The position numbers and the translations under genes are program-made. 59,760 nt of DNA. Origin: an uncultured Rhodoplanes sp. (lineage in GTDB: Bacteria > Pseudomonadota > Alphaproteobacteria > Rhizobiales > Xanthobacteraceae). Shown in pieces: positions 1-11,221 of the stretch. Below the pieces are notes generated by a model. That model had not been told where the DNA came from. It did no database searches and worked only from the letters and a program-made list of their open reading frames with translations. The stretch lies in contig CAYGZV010000001.1 in NCBI GenBank assembly GCA_964354425.1, forward strand, positions 1-59,760, read 5' to 3'. Each line of letters starts with the position of its first letter. The first letter of the stretch is position 1.

Positions 1-111
1 CGTAGCGCCCGGGTCCTGGAAAGGCTTTTGGCAAAACCGCAAGCCTTTCCGCCTTGCCGAAGGCGAGGCGCATGCGCCGGACAGAGCGGCGCCCCTTGCA
101 GAACGCGCTCC

Positions 112-711
112 TCAGGCCTTCGTCTTGTCGGCCTCCGCCGCACTCAGCCGGTCAAGCCGCTTCTGCATCTCTTCAAGCTGCCGCTTCAGCGCGCTGATCT
201 CGTCGATCGGGCGATCGGACTTTGCGCCCTCGCCGGCTTCCTCGCCCTGACCTTCCTGCCGGGCAAAGGGCGTGAACATTGTGAAGGCGCGCTGGAATAT
301 GTCCATGTTCCGCCTCACCTGCTCCTCGATGGTTCCGAGACGTCCGACCCCCCACGCCTGCGCCATCTGCTCGCGGAACTTCTCCTGCTCGCGCGAAAAC
401 AGGTCGAGCGAGCTTTCGAGGTAGCGCGGCACCAGCATCTGCATGCTGTCGCCGTAGAACCGGATCAGCTGACGGAGAAAAGTAATCGGCAAGAGGTTCT
501 GCCCCTGCTTGTTCTCCTGCTCGAAGATGATCTGGGTCAAAACGGAGCGGGTGATGTCTTCACCGGTTTTCGCGTCGTAGACTACAAAGTCCTCGCCCAT
601 CTTCAACATGCCTGCGAGGTCTTCGAGCGTTACATAGGTGCTCGTACCAGTGTTGTAGAGCCGTCTGTTAGCATACTTCTTGATGATGACCGGAGATTCA
701 GACTTGGCCAT
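112..711 (-). CDS. phaR: Polyhydroxyalkanoate synthesis repressor PhaR
   Basis: N-terminal IIKKYANRRLYNTGTSTYVTL and EDITRSVLTQIIFEQE signatures; divergent from phaA. Start set at MAKSES (711). Confidence 0.95.
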   Translation of the reverse strand: MAKSESPVIIKKYANRRLYNTGTSTYVTLEDLAGMLKMGEDFVVYDAKTGEDITRSVLTQIIFEQENKQGQNLLPITFLRQLIRFYGDSMQMLVPRYLESSLDLFSREQEKFREQMAQAWGVGRLGTIEEQVRRNMDIFQRAFTMFTPFARQEGQGEEAGEGAKSDRPIDEISALKRQLEEMQKRLDRLSAAEADKTKA

Positions 712-1086
712 GAGGATGTTCGCCATAGGCCGGCAAGCCGGCGAGAAATCGGATGCGAGCATACGCTCATACCCGCAGAGCGGCCCGCGAAAAAAAAATA
801 AGCCCTTTTCTTGAAACGGGCTACCGTTTTGTGCAACTGCTTCCTCGGCGTGCAGAGCGTCGCCCGCCTAGCCAAGCCGGAGGCGGTCGACACACCTCTG
901 CGGCCCTCTGATAGTCGGTCACGAGAGAACGGCGTTGACCAGTCGCCGGGGATGCTCGACAAAGGCGCCGGAATAGCCACGCAGTCACGGGGCCCCGACT
1001 CTCGCGGGCCGAATAAGCAGAGAAGCCGGCTTGGCGCAGCGGACACCGCTTCGACCGCCGATCAAACCCAAGAAGGAGCTATCGGA

Positions 1087-2262
<1,176 letters not shown>

Positions 2263-2314
2263 CAAGCGCATGACGAATAGCGGGCGTCACTGCCCGCCAT
2301 CGTCTGTTAGGATT

Positions 2315-2345
2315 GGGGGCTCGGCGATCCGAGCCCCCGTTTTTT
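2315..2345 (+). terminator. Rho-independent terminator after phaA
   Basis: Perfect 10-bp stem GGGGGCTCGG-cgat-CCGAGCCCCC followed by G and a run of T. Confidence 0.85.
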
Positions 2346-2390
2346 CGCGGTAAGGCCGAAGCGGCGGCCGTTTCCGATTGATAGACCGTC

Positions 2391-3128
2391 ATGTCGCTCG
2401 ACGTCGTCGACCTGCGCAATTTCTATGCCCAGCAACTCGGCAAGCTCGCGCGGCGCTTCATCGGCCTCGGGATCAGAGCGCGCTGGCCGGACACGCATGG
2501 GCAGCGCGTGGTCGGGTTCGGCTATGCCACCCCCTATCTCGGCCTGTTTCGCGAGGAAGCCGAGCGCTGCCTCGCCTTCATGCCGGCCGGGCAAGGCGTG
2601 ATCAAATGGCCGACCGCCCGGCCCGCGCTGGCGGCGCTGGTCGAGGAGTACGATCTGCCGCTGCTCGATCTGTCGGTCGACCGCATCATCCTCGTGCATG
2701 CGCTCGAAATGTCCGACGACGCTTCCTCCTTGCTGCGCGAATTATGGCGGGTGCTGGCCCCGGGCGGGCGGCTCCTGCTCGTGATCCCGAACCGGCGCGG
2801 GCTGTGGGCGCGGATGGACACGACCCCATTCGGCTACGGGCGGCCCTATTCGCGGTCGCAGATTTTGCATCTGTTGCGGGAGACCTCTTTCACGCCGACG
2901 TCCTGGGGCGAGGCGCTCTACATGCCGCCGATCCCGCGCGGCTGGCTCATTCGCTCGGCGGTGGCTTGGGAGCGCACCGGCCGCACCATCTCGGCGCCGT
3001 TCGCCGGCGTGCATATCGTCGAGGCGATGAAGCAGGTCTACCGCGCCATTCCCGCGCGGCGCGAGAAGCGCCGCCTCGTGCCGGCGCTGGAGCCGGCCCT
3101 TGTTCCTTCACCGAGCGTAGCGGCGTGA
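2391..3128 (+). CDS. Class I SAM-dependent methyltransferase (type 11, family normally adjacent to gloB)
   Basis: DVVDLRNFY, GFGYATPYL, LRELWRVLAPGGRLL and TPFGYGRPYSRSQ motifs typical of this conserved alphaproteobacterial family. Confidence 0.85.
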   Translation: MSLDVVDLRNFYAQQLGKLARRFIGLGIRARWPDTHGQRVVGFGYATPYLGLFREEAERCLAFMPAGQGVIKWPTARPALAALVEEYDLPLLDLSVDRIILVHALEMSDDASSLLRELWRVLAPGGRLLLVIPNRRGLWARMDTTPFGYGRPYSRSQILHLLRETSFTPTSWGEALYMPPIPRGWLIRSAVAWERTGRTISAPFAGVHIVEAMKQVYRAIPARREKRRLVPALEPALVPSPSVAA

Positions 3129-3324
3129 GGGGCGCCGACCCCGCTCCCCGTCCGGCGCGAACGTCACGGCTTGCGGGCAATCGACGGCCACGGCCTATGT
3201 GCCGCTTTCCTTCGCGCCGGGGAGGCCTTCCAGTTCGACTGGAGTTCCCGTGCTATGGCTTTTTCCGCAACAGCGGCGATGTCTTGCGCCGGTTAGCGCG
3301 GCCGTGCTTGAAACGCGTTCTTGC

Positions 3325-3654
3325 TCAATCGATTCTTTGCGGACGGCCCCCTGTTCTGATGCCCGAGGTGCAACAGTTATTTCGGACGGCCCCTGAAGCA
3401 GATTTCTTAAACCAGCACCGACCCGAGGAGCCCTGAAACCCTGGTTTAACGTAAGTCCATGCCTGACATTGGTTGCCCTCACTTTGGCAGGCGAAACTAC
3501 AGTCCACCGCCGATTGTGATTGAGTGTTCTTATAGTCTCGCCCTGGCCGATCGATGTTCCGCTCGAAGCTGTAAAACTTAGATTGCGCTACAGCGTGAAG
3601 AGGGGAACCGATCACAAACCCTAACAAAACCAAGACGAGTATATGCATAACCAT
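3325..3654 (-). CDS. Secreted PAN/Apple-domain protein
   Basis: Hydrophobic signal peptide; ERNIDRPGRDY..CSFACQ..CQAWTYVKPG..CWFK..CCTSG PAN_4-type Cys pattern; GGGGAG RBS; AT-richer than flanks. Confidence 0.8.
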   Translation of the reverse strand: MVMHILVLVLLGFVIGSPLHAVAQSKFYSFERNIDRPGRDYKNTQSQSAVDCSFACQSEGNQCQAWTYVKPGFQGSSGRCWFKKSASGAVRNNCCTSGIRTGGRPQRID

Positions 3655-3844
3655 TTCTCCCCAGAACAACTGCGGCATGTAATCATGACGCTAGCAACTA
3701 CAGCATGCGCTATCCCTACATTATTGGCAATTCGAAGTGAGGTCAGCCGCGCAGCGCAGCGCGTCGGTTTCGGCGCAAAACTCTCGCCTTCCTTATGCGG
3801 ATTCTGCCGCTGGCCTTCGCTTCGCCCGCACCATCCTGGCGATG

Positions 3845-4570
3845 CTACGCGTCGAGCTCGGGATAGTGTCGGAAAATGCCCTCTTCGCTGAAGGGGAGGC
3901 GGCGGTCGGAGGAAAGATAGGCGGCGATGCGGGGGCGCGCGGCCACGCGATCGTGCAGCGCCACGGTGTGCGGGAGCTTGCGCTCCAGGCGCTTCATCAT
4001 CTGCGGAAAGGCATAGCGCAGCCCGGCCACGACCTGGAACAGCGAGAGGTCCGCATAGCTGAGCGAACCGCCGACCAGATGTTTCCCGCGTCCGTTGCGC
4101 GCGAGCACGGATTCGAAATAGCCCAAATATTTCGGCGCGCGGTTCTTGCGGAAATCGTCGGCGCGGCGCGCCGCCTCCCCCTTCTGGTCCTCGTAGTAGA
4201 GGCTCGCGCCGACGGGATGGTGGGTATCGTGAGCCTCCCCGACGAAGTCGGCGATCGTGAGCTGGAGCTGGTTGGTCCACAGCCGCCCCGCCTCGTTGGC
4301 CGGAGCAAGCCCGTGCCGCAACCCGAGGAACATCAGGATGTTCGCGGTCTGCGCGATCACAAGCCGGCCCGACTTCAGAAATGGCGGCGCGAAGGGCGGG
4401 CGGGGACTCCGATCGTCGTCGAGCAGCGCCAGCATCGCAGGCATGCCGCCGCTCTCCTTCTTCGTTTCGCGCGCGACATCGACATAGCGCGCCCCCGCCT
4501 CTTCCAGCGCGAGGCGAACGAATTCGCCGCGCCCCTGGATCGTCGGCCAGTAGTACAGCTCGTAGGCCAT
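3845..4570 (-). CDS. Glutathione S-transferase family protein
   Basis: YYWPTIQGRGEFVRLALEEAG, FAPPFLK, AQTANIL, SYADLSLFQ motifs. Confidence 0.92.
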   Translation of the reverse strand: MAYELYYWPTIQGRGEFVRLALEEAGARYVDVARETKKESGGMPAMLALLDDDRSPRPPFAPPFLKSGRLVIAQTANILMFLGLRHGLAPANEAGRLWTNQLQLTIADFVGEAHDTHHPVGASLYYEDQKGEAARRADDFRKNRAPKYLGYFESVLARNGRGKHLVGGSLSYADLSLFQVVAGLRYAFPQMMKRLERKLPHTVALHDRVAARPRIAAYLSSDRRLPFSEEGIFRHYPELDA

Positions 4571-4601
4571 GGAACATCCCTCGCAGAAGTCAGTCGGGCC
4601 A

Positions 4602-5111
4602 TCAGTCCTCGTTCGAAGAAGCCGCGCGCGTCTCGGTGACGCGGGCGGACCTCAGCGCGGCGATCTCGCTCAGCAGAACGTCGCGGGACGCCGAAAAGAA
4701 CGCGAGCAGGCGCTCGATCTCCTGATCGGACAGTTCGAGCATCAGCTTGCGCATCCGCGTCTGCAGCGACGCGTAGAGCGGCATGATGTCCGTCTCGACG
4801 CGCGGAAGCCGGCGTACGAAGACCTTGCGGCGATCGCGAAGGTCGCGCTCGCGCCGCGCCAGGCCGGCCGCTTCCAGCCGATCGATCAGGCCGGTGACGG
4901 CGCCCGTCGTCAGTCCGGTCGCGGCCGCGAGTTCTCCCGCCGTCACGCGGCCTCTCAGAACGATCATATCGAGGCACTCGAGATCCCTGCCGGAAATCCC
5001 GAGACGGTCGGCCACCACGCTGCTGAAAACGACCCCGAGCCCGCTCGATTCCCGAATCGCGGCTTCGAGGTCCTGAAGCCGCCGATCGCTGGGGGCGGGT
5101 GCGTTTGACAT
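4602..5111 (-). CDS. MarR-family transcriptional regulator
   Basis: TAGELAAATGLTTGAVTGLIDRLE..DRRKV winged HTH; co-directional and directly upstream of the GST gene. Confidence 0.9.
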   Translation of the reverse strand: MSNAPAPSDRRLQDLEAAIRESSGLGVVFSSVVADRLGISGRDLECLDMIVLRGRVTAGELAAATGLTTGAVTGLIDRLEAAGLARRERDLRDRRKVFVRRLPRVETDIMPLYASLQTRMRKLMLELSDQEIERLLAFFSASRDVLLSEIAALRSARVTETRAASSNED

Positions 5112-5138
5112 CGTCAGCAATTACCTTTATACACTAAC

Positions 5139-5157
5139 TATCTTAGTATTAAAGATA
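5139..5157. promoter_or_regulatory. Probable MarR operator palindrome
   Basis: AT-rich inverted repeat TATCTT-agtatta-AAGATA immediately upstream of the marR start. Confidence 0.6.
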
Positions 5158-5582
5158 CTCGATGATCAAGGGGCATGACTGCTTTTCGGCATGTCTCGAA
5201 TTGTGAGTCGTGCAACCGCCTGATGGAATCCCGAGGCAACCCGGTTGCCCACAGCCGAAAATGGAGTCACGAGAGCGCTTGACGCTTTGGAACTCGCCGG
5301 TCGGCCGCCGCATTGGCCGGCCTCGCTCCTGCGCCGCTCGGGACCGCGCCGGCTGGCCGGAGCCATGCTCGTGCGGGGCCGCGGACGCTTCTCTTCGTGG
5401 GTAGGCCGCTTGTCGCAGTGAGTGACAACCCTACTTCACGAGGCACATCTTTCGACGCAATTAACGTGTATCCGTCCGCGCCGGCGGATAAGTCTCGCGT
5501 AGCTGCGGACGTTTTCCAGTTCGCTGGAACGGACAACAATGGTAAGTCGGCATCGCTCGATCGGCGATTGTCGGAGCAAGAC

Positions 5583-6650
5583 ATGGACGATCGGACCAAG
5601 CTGCTCAATTCCCTGGCGATCCACCGCGACACGGCCACGAAGCCGCGGCGCGCCCGCGCCTATCCGGTCTGGACATTGGCCGCCTTGGGAGCGCTCCTTG
5701 TCGCGGGCGCCGCCCTCTGGGTCGTTTTCCCTCGCCAAGACGCGGGTCGCGGGGCCGGGGTGTCCGTCGCGAGCGCGGAGACGGCGCCGCGCCCGGCCGC
5801 TCCCGAGCGTTCCGCCGCCGCGGTCCAGCGCACACGTCCGGGCGGGCTTGCCGCATCCGGCTATGTCGTCGCGCGCCGCAAGGCGACGGTCGCCGCCGAG
5901 ATTACCGGCAAGGTGACCGAGGTGCTGATCGAGGAAGGCATGGTCGTCGAGTCCGGGCAGGTCCTCGCCCGGATCAAGAGCCGGCTGACCGAGACTGACG
6001 TCGCTTTGGCGCAATCGCGCGCCAATGGCGCGGAGGCGGCCGTCACCGCCATCGCGGCCGATCTCCGCGAGGCGGAGCGCATTTACACGCGCACCCAGAG
6101 CCTCGCGCAAAAAAGCTTCGCGAGCGAAGCCGACATGACCCGCTCCGAATCGCGGGTCTATGTCCTGCGCGCGCAGCTGAACCAGGCGCGCGCCCAGCAT
6201 GAGACGGCGAAGCTCGAAGCCCAGCGCTATGGCGAGGTGCTCGATCAGCACAGCATCCGTGCGCCCTTCGGCGGCGTCGTGGTCGACCGCAGCGCGCAGC
6301 CCGGCGAGATGATCTCTCCCCTGTCGGCGGGCGGAAGCTTCACCCGCACGGGCATCTGCACCATCGTCGACATGGATTCGATCGAGATCGAGGTGGACGT
6401 GAACGAGGCCTTCATCGGCCGCGTCCACAAGGACGGCGCGGTCGCCGCGGTGCTCGACGCCTATCCCGACTGGACGATCCCGGCCTATGTCATCGCCATC
6501 GTGCCCACGGCCAATCGCGAAAAGGCGACCGTGCGCGTGCGCATCGGGTTCCGGCAGAAGGACCCGCGCATCCTGCCCGACATGGCGGTCAAGGTGACAT
6601 TTCTCGAAGGCGGCGGCCCGGCCGGCGAGAAGACCTCGTCCGCGCAGTAG
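5583..6650 (+). CDS. Efflux periplasmic adaptor (MacA/HlyD-like membrane fusion protein)
   Basis: Single TM helix; ASGYVVARRKATVAAEITGKV, IRAPFGGVV, ILPDMAVKVTF; GGAG RBS before ATG 5583. Confidence 0.9.
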   Translation: MDDRTKLLNSLAIHRDTATKPRRARAYPVWTLAALGALLVAGAALWVVFPRQDAGRGAGVSVASAETAPRPAAPERSAAAVQRTRPGGLAASGYVVARRKATVAAEITGKVTEVLIEEGMVVESGQVLARIKSRLTETDVALAQSRANGAEAAVTAIAADLREAERIYTRTQSLAQKSFASEADMTRSESRVYVLRAQLNQARAQHETAKLEAQRYGEVLDQHSIRAPFGGVVVDRSAQPGEMISPLSAGGSFTRTGICTIVDMDSIEIEVDVNEAFIGRVHKDGAVAAVLDAYPDWTIPAYVIAIVPTANREKATVRVRIGFRQKDPRILPDMAVKVTFLEGGGPAGEKTSSAQ

Positions 6651-6680
6651 TCGCCTCTTCTCGCTCATACCGGAGAACTT

Positions 6681-7379
6681 ATGTCGATGTCCGACATGCT
6701 CGTTGGTTTATTCCAGGTCTCCAAGGGCTTCGTGAAGGGCAAGGAGGAGATCGGCATTTTCGATCGGCTCGACCTCACGATCCCCGCGAGGGACTTCGTC
6801 GCGGTGATGGGCCCGTCCGGATCGGGCAAGACGACGCTGCTCAATCTGCTCGGCGGGATCGACCGGCCGGACAGCGGCGAGATTCACATCGCCGGCGTGC
6901 GCATCGACACCCTTTCGGAAGGCGAACTCGCGCGCTGGCGGGCCGCCAATGTCGGATTCGTGTTCCAGTTCTACAATCTCATGCCGATGCTGACCGCCGC
7001 GCAGAATGTCGAACTGCCGCTGCTGCTCACCAGTCTGCACAAGGCGGAGCGGCGCGACCATGTCGCGACGGCGCTGAAGATCGTCAATCTCGCCGACCGC
7101 GCCAAGCATTATCCGCGCGAAATGTCGGGCGGCCAGCAGCAGCGCGTCGCGATCGCCCGCGCGATCGTGTCGGACCCGAAGCTCCTGCTCTGCGACGAGC
7201 CGACCGGCGACCTCGACCGCCATTCGGCCGACGAAATCCTCGGGATGCTGACCATCCTCAACCGCGACCTCGGCAAGACCATCGTGATGGTGACGCATGA
7301 TCCGGCCGCAGCGCGCTACGCCCGCCGCACCCTTCACCTCGACAAGGGGCATTTCGTCGAGAAGGAGCTCGCGGCGTGA
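6681..7379 (+). CDS. ABC transporter ATP-binding protein (LolD/MacB type)
   Basis: Walker A GPSGSGKT, signature MSGGQQQ, Walker [14 protein letters not shown]. Confidence 0.93.
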   Translation: MSMSDMLVGLFQVSKGFVKGKEEIGIFDRLDLTIPARDFVAVMGPSGSGKTTLLNLLGGIDRPDSGEIHIAGVRIDTLSEGELARWRAANVGFVFQFYNLMPMLTAAQNVELPLLLTSLHKAERRDHVATALKIVNLADRAKHYPREMSGGQQQRVAIARAIVSDPKLLLCDEPTGDLDRHSADEILGMLTILNRDLGKTIVMVTHDPAAARYARRTLHLDKGHFVEKELAA

Positions 7380-8536
7380 ACGATTTCGTCCTCATCCGCA
7401 AGAACCTGTTCCGCAAGAAGCTGCGGGCGGTGCTGATGATCGTGTCGATCCTGATCGCGTTTGCGATTTTCGGCGTGCTTACCGCATTCGAGCGCGCCTT
7501 CAATTCCGGCGAGCAGTTGGCGGAAGACGACCGGCTGGTGGTGGTCAACAAGATCAATTTCACCCAGCCGCTGCCGATCGCCTATTTCAATCGCGTGCGC
7601 GCGATGGACGGGGTGCGCCAGGCGACGCACGCCAACTGGTTCGGCGGCTACTTCCAGGACCCGAAGAACTTCCTGATCGTCTTCGCGGTCGAGCCGGACA
7701 CCTATCTGCATATCCTGGACAGCGACTACGAGTTCACGCCCGAGATGCGCGAAGCCTTCATCCGCGAGCGCACGGGGGCGCTGGTCGGTGAAACGCTCGC
7801 GAGGAAATGGGGCTGGAAGGTCGGCGACCGCGTGCCGATCGCGAGCAACATCTTCTCGCAGAAGAACGGCTCGCGCAGCTGGGACATGACCATCGTCGGC
7901 ATCTTCAAGAACCGCAAGCCGCAGGCCGACACCAATCTCATGCTATTTCAATACGAGTATTTCGACGAGACCCGCTCCTTCGGCAAGGACACGATCGGCT
8001 GGCTGGTGCTGCAGACCGCCTCGCCCACGGTCAACGACCGCGTCGCGAAAGCGATCGACCAGAATTTCGCCAACTCCTCGTTCGAGACGGCGACCGACAC
8101 CGAGAAGGCCTTCAACAAGGCGTTCGTGGCGCAGCTCGGCAACATCGCGCTCATCGTGCAACTGGTGGTCGGAGCTGCCTTCGTGACCATCCTGATGATC
8201 GTCGGCAACACCATGGTGATGGCCGTGCGCGAACGCACGCGCGAAATCGGCGTCCTGAAAACGCTCGGCTTTTCCGGCGGACGGGTGCTGCGGCTCGTGC
8301 TTGGCGAAACCTTGCTGCTCGCGATCGTCGGCGGCCTTCCCGGCATCGGCCTCGCCGCGCTCGCAACGATGAGCATGCGCGACAGCATGGCGAATTTCGT
8401 TCCCGGGCTCACCCTCGATCCATCGATCCTCGCGATCGCGCTCGTGCTGATGATCGGCCTTGGGCTCGCGACCGGCCTTGCGCCGGCGATCCACGCCTTC
8501 CGCCTCAAGATCGCCGACGCCATGGGGCGGGGCTGA
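7376..8536 (+). CDS. ABC transporter permease (FtsX/MacB type)
   Basis: N-terminal TM, large periplasmic loop, AVRERTREIGVLKTLGF; GTGA overlap with the ATPase gene. Confidence 0.9.
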   Translation: MNDFVLIRKNLFRKKLRAVLMIVSILIAFAIFGVLTAFERAFNSGEQLAEDDRLVVVNKINFTQPLPIAYFNRVRAMDGVRQATHANWFGGYFQDPKNFLIVFAVEPDTYLHILDSDYEFTPEMREAFIRERTGALVGETLARKWGWKVGDRVPIASNIFSQKNGSRSWDMTIVGIFKNRKPQADTNLMLFQYEYFDETRSFGKDTIGWLVLQTASPTVNDRVAKAIDQNFANSSFETATDTEKAFNKAFVAQLGNIALIVQLVVGAAFVTILMIVGNTMVMAVRERTREIGVLKTLGFSGGRVLRLVLGETLLLAIVGGLPGIGLAALATMSMRDSMANFVPGLTLDPSILAIALVLMIGLGLATGLAPAIHAFRLKIADAMGRG

Positions 8537-8539
8537 GCC

Positions 8540-9727
8540 ATGCGCGCGCTTCTCCTGCAAGTCATCGCCGTCACGGCGATCAATCTCCGCAGCATCCCGC
8601 AACGCTTCTGGCTGTCCCTCTCCACCGTCGTCGCGGTCGCCCTCGTCGTGATGGTGCTGCTGTCGTTTCTCGCCATGGCGTACGGCTTTCAGCGCACATT
8701 GAAGAGCGCCGGGGCCGAGGACATCGCAATCGTGCTGCGCGGCGGCTCCCAGTCGGAGATCAACAGCAGCATCACGCGCGAGCAGGTCCGCCTGATCGAG
8801 GACGGCCCGGGCATCGCCCGCGGCGCCGATGGAAAGCCGCTGGTGTCGGCCGAACTGTATATCGTGGTCGACGGCATCAAGCGGTCGAGCCAGACCAAGG
8901 CCAATATCCCCTTGCGGGGAATCGACGAGGACGGCGCCGCGCTGCGCAAGGACGTCACGCTCGTCGCCGGGCGCATGTTCAATCCGGGCGCCAACGAGAT
9001 CGTCGTCGGCAAGAGCCTGCTCACCCAGTTCCAGGGCTTCGACCTCGGCGAGCGGGTGAAGTTCCTGACCAGCCAGTGGACGGTCGTCGGCGTGTTCGCG
9101 GCGGACGGCAGCGTGTTCGAGTCGGAAATCTGGGGCGACCTGCCCGTCGTGCAGAGCCTGTTCAACCGCAACAATGTGTTCCAGACGGTGCGCGCCCGGG
9201 TCGACAGCCCGGCCGATCTGGCCGAGTTGAAGCGCTACGCCGACACCGATCCGCGTCTCAAGCTCGACGTGAAATCGGAGCAGGAATATTTCGCCGAACA
9301 GTCTTCGCAGACCTCCGACCTCATCCAGAAGCTCGGCTGGCCGCTCGCGATCGCGATGGCGCTCGGCGCGCTCGCGGGGGCGCTCAACACGATGTACAGC
9401 TCGGTCGCCGCGCGCTCGGTCGAGATCGCGACGCTGCGCGCGATCGGCTTCGGCGGCTTCCCCGCTTTTGTCGGCACGCTCACCGAGTCTCTGCTCCTCG
9501 CCGGGATCGGCGGCGTCCTCGGAGCGGTCGCGACCTATCTCGTGTTCGACGGGTTCACCGCCTCGACGCTCGGCTCCGGATTCACCCAGGTGGTGTTCAG
9601 CTTCAAGCTGACGCCGGCGCTCATCGGACAGGGTTTGGCGCTCGCCTTGCTCGTCGGACTAATCGGCGGACTGCTTCCCGCCATTCGCGCCGCGCGCCTG
9701 CCGATCGTGCAGGGGCTGCAGGGCTGA
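8540..9727 (+). CDS. ABC transporter permease (FtsX/MacB type)
   Basis: SVAARSVEIATLRAIGF motif; four-TM topology; fourth gene of the operon. Confidence 0.9.
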   Translation: MRALLLQVIAVTAINLRSIPQRFWLSLSTVVAVALVVMVLLSFLAMAYGFQRTLKSAGAEDIAIVLRGGSQSEINSSITREQVRLIEDGPGIARGADGKPLVSAELYIVVDGIKRSSQTKANIPLRGIDEDGAALRKDVTLVAGRMFNPGANEIVVGKSLLTQFQGFDLGERVKFLTSQWTVVGVFAADGSVFESEIWGDLPVVQSLFNRNNVFQTVRARVDSPADLAELKRYADTDPRLKLDVKSEQEYFAEQSSQTSDLIQKLGWPLAIAMALGALAGALNTMYSSVAARSVEIATLRAIGFGGFPAFVGTLTESLLLAGIGGVLGAVATYLVFDGFTASTLGSGFTQVVFSFKLTPALIGQGLALALLVGLIGGLLPAIRAARLPIVQGLQG

Positions 9728-10248
9728 CGCGCGCATATGCGTCCTGCGCGCGGACATTCATCGTCGGCGATGCGCATTGCTGACCTCTGCGTCCGAAGCG
9801 TTTCGCACACGCTGCGCGCCTGTAATTTTCAGAAGACCGACGATCTTGCGCAGCCCGCGCGCGCCGCGGAACGCGATCCTGTGTTCACGACGGATGACGC
9901 GAGACACAGTCAGCGAAAAATGATGGTTCGCATGCCGCCGAACCGGTTTTTTGCTCCGGATCGGCCCCGGCGAAGCAGGCGCTACGGGCCGAAACGGCCG
10001 CGCTGGCAAGAGATTTGTGTCGTCAGCTTCAAGCACCTGGAAAGGCTGACATTTTTTCCCTGATTCCGAGCGCGGTCGGGCGCTTTAGGAGTGAACCTCA
10101 GTTCATCCCTTCAGGCCCCATATCTGGCAGCCGGCACCGCCGACCTCACCCACATGTCGCGCCCGGACGGCCTGAGCGGGGTGGGGGCTTCAAGGGAGGG
10201 CGAATATGGCACTATCCCACCTGCAAATCAGGCCGGAACAGGAAGTCC

Positions 10249-11055
10249 ATGCCGTCGCGCGCCATGCTTTACCGCCGTCCCAGCGAGCCCCAGGCGATCG
10301 AGGTGATCTTCGACGAGGAGATCTACCTCGTGCGCCTTCGCCGGCATCGCCAGGCGCGCCGTTACACGCTGCGAATCCAAGCGGCGACGCGCGATGTCGT
10401 GCTGACGATGCCTCCGCGCGGCACGTTGCGCGAAGCCTGCGACTTCGCGCGCAAGCATGGCGGCTGGATCGCGACCCGTCTGTGCCGGATGCCGGCGGCG
10501 GCGCCGTTCGCGCCCGGCACCGTTCTGCCGCTGCGCGGAGTTCCCCATCGCGTCGTGCACCGGCGCATGGCGCGCGGCACGGTGTGGACGGAGGTCAATA
10601 GCGACGGCGAGCGGCTTCTCTGCGTCGCAGGCGATCCCCTGCACATGGAACGCCGGATCCGCGACTTCCTTCATCGCGAGGCCAAACGCGATCTCGAAGC
10701 CGCCGCACACGGCTATGCCGACCAACTCGGCTTGACGCTCAAGCGCATCAGCATCCGCGACCAGACCAGCCGCTGGGGATCGTGCTCGACCACCGGCGCG
10801 CTCTCGTTTTCGTGGCGGCTCATTCTCGCGCCGCGCCACGTTCTGGACTACCTCGCCGCGCACGAGGTGGCCCATCTCGTCGAGATGAACCACTCGGCGC
10901 GGTTCTGGCGGCTGCTCGACCGCATGTGTCCGGACATGCGGCGCGCGAAAGTCTGGCTCGATCTCAACGGCGCCGACCTGCATCGCTACGGCATGCGTCC
11001 CGACGAGGCGAGTTCCTTCCGCGCCAACCGCCGCCGCGCCATGGCGGACTATTGA
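10249..11055 (+). CDS. M48/YgjP-like (DUF45) zinc metallohydrolase
   Basis: IRDQTSRWGSCS, LSFSWRL, AHEVAHL (HExxH), NHSARFW. Confidence 0.9.
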   Translation: MPSRAMLYRRPSEPQAIEVIFDEEIYLVRLRRHRQARRYTLRIQAATRDVVLTMPPRGTLREACDFARKHGGWIATRLCRMPAAAPFAPGTVLPLRGVPHRVVHRRMARGTVWTEVNSDGERLLCVAGDPLHMERRIRDFLHREAKRDLEAAAHGYADQLGLTLKRISIRDQTSRWGSCSTTGALSFSWRLILAPRHVLDYLAAHEVAHLVEMNHSARFWRLLDRMCPDMRRAKVWLDLNGADLHRYGMRPDEASSFRANRRRAMADY

Positions 11056-11109
11056 ACCCTCCGGCGTAGAACGGCCAGACATCAGCGGCCGGCTTTCGCG
11101 GCAGCCGCG

Positions 11110-11193
11110 CCATTGCCGGGCGTAACCCGGCAATCCATCTTCCTGGGGGCGCTGCGCTTCTCACGATGGATATGCGGGCGAGGCCCGCATGAC
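11110..11193. repeat. REP/RIME-like palindromic element
   Basis: CATTGCCGGG-cgtaa-CCCGGCAATCCATC ... GATGGATATGCGGGCGAGGCCCGCATGAC, a two-hairpin layout resembling common rhizobial intergenic repeats. Confidence 0.7.
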
Positions 11194-11221
11194 GTCCCAT
11201 GCATTGCAAAGCTCCGTTCTG

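Noticed and set aside
829-842. PhaR box in the phaR-phaA intergenic region
   Set aside because: TTGTGCAACTGC has the wrong spacing for the consensus I recall; not supportable by eye.
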